Source: Botryllus schlosseri (lineage: Eukaryota). Taken from it: a stretch of DNA of 64,000 nucleotides. This document shows positions 24,781 through 35,853 of the stretch, piece after piece. The DNA lies in contig CM119371.1 in the NCBI GenBank assembly GCA_051294905.1, forward strand, positions 18,168,001 through 18,232,000. Direction: 5' to 3'. The first letter of the stretch is position 1; each line of letters begins with the position of its first letter. The notes beneath the pieces were generated by a model. That model had not been told where the DNA came from. It did not search any database and saw nothing but the letters and a program-made list of their open reading frames with translations. The translations under genes were made by a program, and so were the position numbers.

Positions 24781-25401
24781 TAGGGCGGTTCAAAAATAAC
24801 CTTTTTTCCTGAATCTTGCTGGTTACTTGATTAAATCGTTAGGTTGCCTCAAAAAACGACGCACACCAAATTTGAATTCATTCCAACCAATATTCGCGGA
24901 TTTCGTAGAGTTTGAAAATTTTTAATTTGCCTAAAAATGCAAAAAAAAAAAAAATTTCAAATTTTTATGCCAACCCCATGAAATTGTTGCGCTGTCTTCA
25001 AAAACGATGCAAAACAAATTTGACTCAATTCGAAGCCGTAGAAGTGGAGTTATTTCAGTTTTTCTTTGATAATTCTGGGATTATCCTTGATTGAGGGATC
25101 ATCCCAGAATTATCATCAAAAAACTTGAATAACTCCGCTTCTGCAGCTTGGAATTGAGTCAAATTTGTTTTCCATCGTTTTTGAAGACAGCGCAACAATT
25201 TCATATGGATCGAGGGAAAATTGGAAAAAAAATTTTTTTTTGCATTTTTAGGCAAATTAAAAATTTTCAAACTCTACGAAATCCGCGAATATTGGTTGGA
25301 ATGAATTCAAATTTGGTGTGCGTCGTTTTTTGAGGCAACCTAACGATTTAATCAAGTAACCAGCAAGATTTAGGAAAAAAGGTTATTTTTGAACCGCCCT
25401 A
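24781..25401. mobile_element. Fold-back MITE, near-perfect 621-bp palindrome
   Basis: Arms tagggcggttcaaaaataacc... inverted over ~300 bp each; perfect TSD ACGCGCAT. Confidence 0.95.
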
Positions 25402-26620
25402 ACGCGCATGCGTCAGAAACATTAACGAGATTTTATAAGCTGGCCATCCTCAAGCGATTCATCAAAATTAGGTGCGAAAGGAGGTCGTGCTGATTCTCAA
25501 TAATGAATGGAAATTTGAATATGCGAGCAGTGATCGGCTCATAGATATGTGCTGATTCTGCGTTTGGTCATCTTCATAACGCACAATGCTGACAGCGTCA
25601 TAACCAGCATATCACCTTTAAATACGTTTCAGTAAAGGCTTAAGCCAGGGGTCGGCAACCTTTTGCTAGTCGCGGGCCAAATTTCGGGTGTACAACTTCT
25701 TGGCGGGCCGGAATTTTTCTTAGTACTATATTTTATGCTCACTTCGGTATATTATCCTACATTGCTGCAATCTCAATCATATCAATCAGAAGACACATGT
25801 ATTTACACCTCAACAACACAGAATAAATGTGACAACTGACGCAGCTTGCTTTGTGAAAGGTTTTCAACTTCTGGTAACAAGTCAGATGAAACAAGAATCA
25901 GACCCTATTCAAAATGGACGTCCGAAATACGTGATCTTAGCTTGCTCTTCGTGAATTTCATTGTTCAAAACTATTGTTTACATGCGTACGTGGATGCTTC
26001 CAAAAATCGATGCAATTTCTTTTGCATTGTTGGTCAAGCTAGGATAAAGGCCAATTCAAGAACGTACTCTTTGTCAAAGTCATGCAGCGATATGCTCTTT
26101 GTATGAGATTTGTCATTCAATTCAACTGCATCGCATTTCAGGAAGGCCCATTTGAAATTTTCAGGCAATGTTATTGGCGTCCACATTAAACGGAGTACTG
26201 AACAGTCAGAATTCATTTTGTAGAAGGAATGTGGGAAAAGCGGGTGAATATTCAGTAGTTAAATTTCGTATCACAGTCACAAATGTAGTGTTGGTACTAG
26301 GTTTTCTCTCCTCCAGTATAGGAAAGTGAGCATAATTTTCTTTGTACTGTTGACATTTCCAGAGTCACAGATTTGTTTTGAATGCGCCTCAACATCTCAT
26401 GTATTTAGTAGTTTTCCCCCTGAAGTTGCAAATTCAATTTGTTCAGATGTGACGTTAAATGTACCAGGAAAGCAAGATGTCGAGATACCCATTTTCGATT
26501 ACAAGATTATGAGTCGGCGATATTTGTGTTTTCGGGGAAAGTTGCTATTTCATTTCTCAGTTCATACACTCGTGTAATAGTACTGTAGAATTTGGTCTAA
26601 AAATGGGTCAACCTAGAAAA

Positions 26621-27320
26621 AATTCTTATAAAGACGTATGATACACCGTTGGAAAGGTAATTTTATCAGCTTTTCAATGATAGGTTTTGTCATTTTTTTC
26701 ACTTTGGGGAAAAAAAGTTATGACCAAAAACGTGCGAAGGGGTAGAAATTGAAATTAGGGAAAAAATTGACATAAACATATGAACAGAAGGCTAGAAACT
26801 AATGATTTATCAACAGAAGAGCAGGATATAGATGCAGAAGCTATAAATGAAAATGACAGTAGAATGACATATCTGTTTCAGGGAGAAAGAGTGAGCAACA
26901 TGGGGTGGGGGGGACGTTGGGGGAGGGGGGCACCAGTAGAGCTGTCGTTGTTCGTTATAACTTCATTGTGGTAATTCTTATAAAGACGTATGATATACCG
27001 TTGGAAAGGTAATTTTATCAGCTTTTCAATGATAGGTTTTGTCATTTTTTTTACGTTGAGGGAAAAAAGTTATGACCAAAAACGTGCGAAGGGGTAGAAA
27101 TTGAAATTAGGGAAAAAATTGACATAAACATGAACAAAAGGCTAGAAAGTAATGAATTATCAACAGAAGAGCAGGATATAGATGCAGAAGCTATCAATGA
27201 AAATGACAGTAGAATGATATATCTGTTTCAGGGAGAAAGAGTTAGCAAGGCGGGGGGAGGGGGGGCGTTGGGGAGGGGGGCCCAGTTGAGCTGTCGTTGT
27301 TCGTAATAACTTCATTATGT
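26621..27320. repeat. Direct tandem duplication, ~352-bp unit x2
   Basis: aattcttataaagacgtatg starts at 26621 and 26973; units nearly identical. Confidence 0.95.
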
Positions 27321-27496
27321 TCTTGTTTACTTACTATGGTTTGTTCCATTTACCCTGCTTGTTTTTTTAAATAGTGCTTAGTCAAAAAGAAACAGCAATT
27401 TGTGTTAAGTGTAGAAAAGGCTATCGGACCGGGGATTCAATGTGTCATGTTGGAGCTTATTTCTGCGAGAGTCATAGTACTACACATCCTTTAGAC

Positions 27497-27937
27497 TAGG
27501 GTTGCATTTAAAACAAAAATCAATTAAAAACAAACATGTTTAAAACAAGGCCCTAATTTAAAACATGTTTTTTATTGTTTTTTGTTTTTGTTTTTAAGCC
27601 ACGACGTCACGAATATTCAATTGTGACGTCATAATGGATTGAAATTGACCATTGAAAATATAGTTTAAATATAGCCCCTTTGACAAAATATATGTACTGC
27701 AACTGTTGAACCGACTATTTTGAGGGTTCCAACCATCCCATAACGATATGCGTCGGCTAAATTGGGTGGTAATTGTCCGTGTGTTCATACAAGATGTTTT
27801 TGGTACGTATTTACACAATTATGGTATAATTTTACAACTTGAAAAAATACAATTTTGTTTTTTTTTCTTAAGGCTTTTGTTTAAAATATGTTTTAACAAA
27901 GTATTTTAAAACACCGTTTGTTTTAAATGCAACCCTA
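27497..27937. mobile_element. MITE with TAGGGTTGCATTTAAAAC TIRs
   Basis: 18-bp TIRs; degenerate TSD ctttagac/ctttgcac. Confidence 0.8.
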
Positions 27938-29222
27938 CTTTGCACACTATAATTGGTCATGCTTTGAAACGGGATTGTGAAACGCTGATCGCAACATATC
28001 AGAAAATTAGGAAAATGGCCATATCCACACAACATGCCGTAATTTATTGAGAAACCATGCGAGATCCAAGAAACGTTTGTGGTGGCTTTATCGAGAATTG
28101 GTATTTCTTAACTGGCAAATAATTTTTCTCTGAGAAATGTTATTTGACCTGTGGGGTTCAGATTGCCACGGTCAAGGTTTTCTCGCAGGCGACCTATTGG
28201 CACACTTTTCGGAGAACCATATTGGCAAATACTTCGTATGTTTTCGTGCATCGCGGCGTGGTAATGGTCGATGCCGAAATGCCTATTTTTATTTTCTATA
28301 AATCATGCTTTTTTCGTGGGGGAAGGGTACTCAATATTCAAAAATTTGGCAACACGAAATCGCGTCCAGCGCAAAAAAAATTGAAATGAGTTGCCTAAAT
28401 TGTCAATAAGTGATGTAGGCCTATAAATAATTTATGTTCATTCACCGACATAATTTCGGGCCCTTTTCGAGCTTGGGACCCCCAATTGGACGATTTGGGG
28501 TGTGGCAGTTACGGTCCTGGTTAGAGGTCAAAGTTCGGTCGCTGTTTTCTAGTTGTGATTTTACTATTGGAAATATTTTGCGCCTCAATCCCATATATAC
28601 ATTAATTGCATGTGGTATATTAGGGTTAAATCAAGGTTGTTATATCAGCCATCGGAGAAGGGTTCACACCATGTGCTTCGAATCAGATGTACGCAATCCG
28701 AATTCCCATCTGTGATTGGCAATACGGGAAATTATTTGTATTGGGTTTTGTTTTAGTGCTCTGTGTGACTATAGTAAATCAGCTGGGAATGTCATGGAGA
28801 TATCTGCCCACCTTGGATTTGGTACTGCACCCAGTAATTAATTTTAACACGAGTGTATTCCAAACAAAGGTCCGCTCCGCAACGATGTTGGCTGTATATG
28901 ATTTCATAAATGTAGTAGCCTTAACAGCCCCTAAAGCACGGTAACTGAATATATTTTCGAATATTCTACCAATGGGTATTGTGTCATTATAAACATTTTG
29001 CGTTAGCCGACAAGATACATGTTGCGATTTCGTATGTAGCCACCTCCGACTAAATTTCGAAAGTATGCGACCACCCTCCCCCCGACCAAATATACTTAGT
29101 TATTACTGCCACATGAAGTAGTTTTCACATGTCTTAGAAATTACTACTTATACTGTTAATTGAGTAGAAAATATAGGAAGTTACTTGAGTAGCAACGCCA
29201 ATCACTTCTACAAAATCTAGTT

Positions 29223-29933
29223 CGGTGGTTCTCAACCGAGGGTCGGGGTCCGCGAAGCCTCTAAACTTACAAAATAGTTGATTAACTAATTTATAATTTT
29301 CAAATTAGGAAAATCACGTGGCAGTTTTGCTTCATTACAGTTGAACTCACATCAACAGGATGGCCGCCTGAGATGGAATATCCTGCTGTGTGGACTCATT
29401 TTAGTTGCTAAATTGCCAATAGCCCACTGATACAAATATTTGGCTGTATAGAGATGTATTGTTGTGCATTGCCTAAAAAATAAATGGTTGGATTAGTAAA
29501 GTCAATCACGCAGACTTCAAAATGTTCGCAAAAATCCGTTTTCTTCTGTGATATAGGCCTATATATAACCATTTTCCCTAATAACTTCAAGATGAGCTGC
29601 TAGATATAAATTAACAGGCTTGAAGTTATATGTTCAATAAAAAAATTGTTTGTCAATTTTGGCGTCATCATTGTTGCGACCATACCCAAATGTGTCACCG
29701 GTAGCGTTGTGCCTTATTATTACATTCGCCACCATCTTTCTTTGTCTAAATGGATTTTCAGCACTCGTTGATATCAAATCGAAGGCGCAGAAAAGACACG
29801 ACCACGTATTTCAAAAAATGCAGTGGCAGCTTTGAAATAATAAAAGTCAACCCAATTTCTACATAAATAGAATGCTGGGGGTCCGTGATGGTCCAAAAAG
29901 GGTCTGCGAATACAAAAAGGTTGAGAACCACTG
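29223..29933. mobile_element. hAT-type MITE (CAGTGGTTCTCAACC family), paralogue of 39036-39862
   Basis: TIRs cggtggttctcaacc ... ggttgagaaccactg; flanks atctagtt/ctcaagtt; colinear with the 39036 copy. Confidence 0.8.
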
Positions 29934-32900
29934 CTCAAGTTCATAATAAATATTACGGCAAATCAGAAACCGCCAAAAATGGTAAGATTTTTGTAAATAG
30001 AACTGGCGCTTAATATTGCAAAACACAAACAAAAAGCCTCGACACCCTTTTAAAACATCTCTGCCTCTGTTCCAGTATGGAATTTGGTGTGGTTTTTTGA
30101 ATTTGTTGACCATTGTAATTTTATGGATCGAAAAGAACTTCTGATTGAACGATGATAGATAATCACTGTATTTAAGTTCACCGAAAACTCACTCATTGTG
30201 TATTACAACAACCCAGGTTTCATGATAGATGATTTCAATAACAATATTTGATCTGTTGCTATTGTACGCTAACCCTGATGTCACTAACGAAAGCTGAAAT
30301 TTGAATAATTTATGAAAATGACAAAATTTAATACGGAAAAAATCTGACGTGATGGAGACATTATTATAGCACAGAATCGAATTCAGCAACCATAAATTAG
30401 CCTAAAATCAATCATGAAAATTTTTGACGCAATTTTTTTTCGAAATTTGTAAACCAGTGTTATCTCCGTCTCGGTCAACTTTCGCCCCCTTAACGTATGA
30501 TAAATACCCCCTATCAAAGTTATGTTTCTTTTTTTGCTGTTCGAGAGTTAGTATGCTTTGCTGAGAGTCATATTTCAATTCATGGTGTTGTATTCTCTTG
30601 ACGAAGGTATCATATTTTAGCTTATAATTGTATATAAATATTAGGCAAAATAGTGTTTTACCCCCTAGCACGTTTACCCCCATAACTTTTTTTCCCCAAG
30701 GTAAAAAAAATGACAAAACCCATCATTGAAAAGCTGATAAAATTATCTTTCCAACAGTATATAATACGTCTTTATAAGAATTTTTTCTAGGTTGACCGGA
30801 AATTCTACAGGACTATAAGTATAACAGCTCGACTTAATGCGCGAACATGACAGATATAGGCCTACATGACATCGCTAAATTGATTCTCTGCTTGTAGTAA
30901 TATCTGGCGTAACTGATTCAGTTAATGAGACAAAAATCATATTAACAGTTTTCATCATTGTGGTCAAAACACTATTCAGGTTTGTTGTCTTGGCACACAA
31001 TGCCTTCAGGAAAATTGAACTATAGATAGGCTAACTAACATACGGAGGCTAGTTATCTATAATTGAACAGTTTGAGATTCTGTCATTGCGTCTGAGATGT
31101 TCCAAGCGTTTTTGAAGCAAATGAAGGACACCTTTATTGTCACACCCCATTAGAGTGGTAAACCCTTTAAAAAGTATGGAACACCTTCGGTTGCGAGATA
31201 CACCCGATTGATAAGCACTGATCCAGTCTAGTCTATCTCCATCTCCTACTTGAACCACCTTCGTTTTATGGCGTAACAATAGATTAATACGATGTAGGCT
31301 ACTATTATATCGTAGCAATTCCGCATTTTTTTCATGCAGTGTTGCACTGCAGATTGAAACTCATTATGAAACGCCGGGCCGTATTCTTGTGATAACTAAT
31401 TATTATGTCGCGGGCCGGACGATTTCGCTTGGCGGGCCGGATCCGGCCCGCGGGCCGTAGGTTGCCGACCCTTGGCTTAAGCTATTGTACTAAACTTGCC
31501 TTTTTCACGTTCTTTTGCGAGGACGACACACACGACGTAAATTACTTTGGTGTCAAACATTTGATTAATTCAGTTGATTTATTTTGCACCTCATAATTTG
31601 TTAAATGGTGCCTCTAATTTGGATAGTCGGAATCAAATGTTGTTTCAAATTACAGCAACAAAACTTTTCGCTTTTTGTATTGATTTGAACATCTCATTAT
31701 GAATAAGTTGAGACCGAAGTTATGAATGATTTGCACCTATAACTGCGCATAGAGGACGATTCTTTTACACACTCATGAGACGTTTTTTTTTCAAGTACAG
31801 CACTGAAAGTTGGAGTTCTAATCTAAAGTCACAATTGTGATCCAAACTAAGTCATTTCCGTTTTGATTTTCTCAGATGTTTCGCAACCGAAACATTTCAA
31901 TACACTTTGGACAACAATAAAATATTTTATCAATATTTTTATTACGTTTCACGATGCCTTCGCGTGCCGCAGGAAATGTTGTCACGAGCCGCATACGGTG
32001 TGAGAGCTGCTGCGTTCAGGATTCCACATACCATGCAGGAGATATATGTTTTAACATCATAAGCATTCTACGGCATCATGTGATACAAATGAGAAGTTTT
32101 GCTATAGAAAAGTGATATATTACTTATTTTCGTCCCAGAGCCCCTGTTCAAAAAACGTGGTGCTATGGCGTCCGTACTCCTATTATAAGGCCTGTAGTAA
32201 ATAAGATGAGTGTAGCGATACGGATAAGATGTAATTATGCGCTTTGCGCCCTTAAGAAGGAAACTGTAAATATGCGGTGTATCGTATAATTCTGACCGTT
32301 TCACTGAGCTCTATTTACTGTGCCGCCAGAAAAAAATGCACATGAGCCAAGCAAACGCTACATAAATTTATTACATTGACCGAGACATTCGTGGAAACAT
32401 ATTGATTACTTCATTTGGCGCGAATCATGACTGCCCTGAATATGGCCATCTTGATCTCTCTCCATGTATCTTACTTTGAGAGAAATTGTAAATAACGAAA
32501 AGTAAATAAGTCAAAATATAGTAGAAGTAGCGGAAAATTTGATTTACTTCAGTAGGTACTGGAAGTAATGGAAAACTAATTGAGCACTTCAAAAAAGTAG
32601 AAGTATGCTTCGTTACTGGCCACATCTGGTGGTATTATATCCAGACCAAGTTGGACGAGCTGGGACGAAAGCGGCTACTACAATAAAGCGCCCCTGAAAT
32701 ACGTAGGTACAGATTTGTCTTTGATGTTTACTCTTGAAAAGTGGAAAACTTGCAGTATAAACAATTTCGTTATGAATTACTACTCTGATGGATATAAACG
32801 TCCTCTGTTGCCAATGGTCTGTATTTGGTAAATAGAACGTATTATTGTGAGTGGACACTGGACAGGCACATTTGACTATTAAACAGAAACCAAATGATAA

Positions 32901-34749
32901 GGAAGAAAAGCCAGACGCAATCTTACAGAGACATATCTCCATAGCGGTTATGGCGTGTCATAGACAGGTCCTCAAATAACCGTGTCAACACGTGGCATAT
33001 GGGTAATATTATTTATAAAACAGAAATCTATGCAATATTCATATTTAAAGCAGATTTTTCGTTATTTTTCGTTTTGAGTAATGAATTCCCACAGACTACC
33101 CTATAAAATTACAATACAGCGGCTCGCGCGAGTGCACGGCATGGAATGCTCGAATGCGGTTCCTGTATCAATGAAATGTTATTGTAACGATAGATACACG
33201 TATCTATTTCTTACTACCAATATATTGGCTATTTTCGTCATAAAACACACCAGTATCTACTAGTGTCGCTACCTCCGATTCTCACGTCATATCGAGCCAT
33301 TGCAGATTCTGACTCGAGTCAAGTGATACCGAATTATACAGTACGAGACGTGATTAAGTCATTGGATTTTTCAAGATGTTTAAAGTACAGATTGCATTGG
33401 TATTTATGCTGAAACGAGTAATGAAACCTGGTTTGTAATGACTTGAGACATAACTCGACTCGAGTCGGAATTTTTCGGTTTCTCGACTTTCCTCAATTTA
33501 TATTGTTCAATCTCTAAACTGACTCGGCTCAACTGAAGTCACTTTAAGTATTCACTTGACTTGACCCGCGATATTGCTATGACTCGACTTAGTAATTAAT
33601 AACCTTCCTTTCGTGTCTCATATTTTGTTACACTGTTTTAAAGATGCGATAATCTCATCATTGTTGCATGATACGTGAGCATTGAGCAGTTGAGCACTCC
33701 GAGCAGTCAATACAGCACGAGTAAGGGCACTCATGGCCATCGTGCTCTGAGTTGTCGTGCAACATGCGACGACGCAATGCAGTTCACAGTTTTAATAATT
33801 TGAATCAATGGTTCTTAACCTTTTTCCGCCAGCACCATCTTTCAGGGAATTTCATGGTCTGGCGACCTCATATGAAGAGGGCTGTACTGAAGACGATGGG
33901 TGATCGAAGGCGGATTTGCAGATTCGGGCGTGTATTCCGAAGAATCTTCAGGCCCTAATCGTGACGGATGGTGGTTGACTATCGAACGATGCGAATATTG
34001 TTTATAATATATGTTTTGGGCAATCAAGTTGTTATTGAAACATTGGGGTACTGTCTTAAATCTACATTACTCAATTTCACATTTACTTCCGATATGGCCA
34101 TTACAAAAGTGCAAGCATATGCTCATCAGTCCTGGTTAAATAAATAAATGCATACTATATAGCAAATTTCTGAAAACGATACATGCAGTAGAGATTATAT
34201 AGCAGGGTGGGCAAACTGCGGCTCGCGAGCCGCATGCGACTCTTTCAGCCTTTGATTGCGAGTCTTTATATGACTGCACAATGCACATGAGTTTCGTCAT
34301 TTTGCTAGAGAGGTTTAACCTAATTATAAATTGATGCATTCTATCGCGTATTAAAAATATACGTATTGATCTCTTGTTGTTTCTTTCCATCTGGTTTACG
34401 CAATCAATGATATTGATAAATGATTGTAATCAAGTACAGATAACTCCCGTACGTAGGTTAGTTCTATAATGAACTTGATAATTAATCACGCCTGCGTAAA
34501 TCCAATCATTTCCAGGCTAACAGTGGTGTATCAGGCTCTTCCATTTGTATTGTAAAGGTTAGCAATAACTGCAGAGTTTGTCCATGAAAAATCCGTCAAG
34601 ATTACCGAGCTGAAATCTTCCTTGAATTTACATCAGGACTTGAAGGTGCTGCTCTGCACTGCTCGGACGTCATAATAGCAGCCTGGTTTCAAACAACTTG
34701 CATCTCAGGTGGAGACGCATCGTATCACCACACAATAACAAAGTCATTC

Positions 34750-35853
34750 AACTATGGTTACGCGAACGTAAACCTCATGACGTCATGTGACTTCATATTG
34801 CTTATTCCAACCCTACATTTCAGTGAAGTGATATATTAATGTACGTGATACCTGGCGACGATTCGGGCCAAATAATGCCAAAATGCTGAAGTACATACTG
34901 ACCTTTTAAACGTCGCCATATGTCTCAACTGTGGCAATCAAATGATATAAAAATCCTATAAAATCGATATTTTTCGTCGCTTTTCCAACAATTTCGACAA
35001 GGACTTGCAAGGGAATGTAAGGTTACGCTTTAACAGTCTAGGTCAGACAACGTATCCGGGGTCTGAGTGTTGTTGTGAGCAGACTGTAAAACGGGTTTCC
35101 ATAGTTGCTACCGATATTACCCCATTAACAAGTTGTACAGCAGTAGCCAAAACCCCAATCGCGCGGATTTGGTTTGTATAACACAACAAACATATAAAAT
35201 GGATATGGAGCCCGTAAGCTTGCTAGATGCTTTACATCAGACAACGATAGCAATTTCAGAAATTTTCGAAAATTTATGATAAAATCGGCGAATAAGATCG
35301 GGAATTGCAAATATATTGCCATCAACTTCTTGTTGCATAAATTTTCCAAAAATAATCTATAGAAAATACTTTATAATTTATGCTAATTGACGAAATAATT
35401 TTGAGCCCCCTTCGAGCTCGCCCCCCCCCCCAATTGGGGGGTTTGGGGTGCGGCAGTTACGGGCCCGCCTACAGGTAGCGTGTTTCGCTCTTGATGTTAT
35501 GTGATTGCGGGTCAAGCTCACAGCAGAGAGTCACTAAATATTCACAAACGGTGTGCAGAATATTTCGAGCAAACTTTTGTAACAAAGCAAGTAAAATTTT
35601 TGAGATTATCAAGGTGCATGCTCGTTTAGCGTTGATTTTTTTGTGCTGCCAGCGCCATGCATCGAGTAGCGCGCAGTTGAAATGCAGTAAATTTCAACCT
35701 AAGATGTTATAATTACGTGAAAATTTGATATAGGCCTACTAAAAAGTTTCACCGTGCAGAACCTACCAAGGTTCGTTTGTGAACGTGAACCTCTAAATTT
35801 CTGAGGTTCACACACAGAACGCGAACGTGAACCTCACGCTCACACTATCCCTA
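34750..35853. mobile_element. Partial TAGGGATGGTGTGAAC-family MITE interrupted by a CAGGGCCGTAAC-family fragment
   Basis: Colinear with 52378-53355; right end cacactatcccta. Confidence 0.75.

Larger units (their letters stand above)
26578..30815. mobile_element. Non-autonomous DNA element with long TIRs and TAA TSD, carrying further insertions
   Basis: tagtactgtagaattt ... aaattctacaggacta; inverted similarity extends ~150 bp (26605-26730 vs 30680-30797); TAA on both sides. Confidence 0.75.
25646..31474 (-). mobile_element. Decayed hAT (Charlie/SPIN-like) transposon with nested insertions
   Basis: TIRs caggggtcggcaacc ... ggttgccgacccttg; perfect TSD GCTTAAGC; minus-strand remnants ALCAKTTNLNSVLTTMMKTVNMI (~30940-31010) and ASIFGS..CKQ..MKFTKSKLRSRISD (~25915-26015). 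Confidence 0.85.
23572..32628. mobile_element. CAGAGGTGGTCA-family element expanded to 9 kb by nested insertions
   Basis: Left cagaggtggtcaaa, right ttactggccacatctg; TSD atagtatt/gtggtatt; flanks rejoin to match the empty site upstream of receptor 3 (~45970-45995). Confidence 0.75.

Noticed and set aside
24912..25333. Mirror-image ORFs MKIFNLPKNAKK on both strands
   Set aside because: Artefact of the fold-back palindrome.
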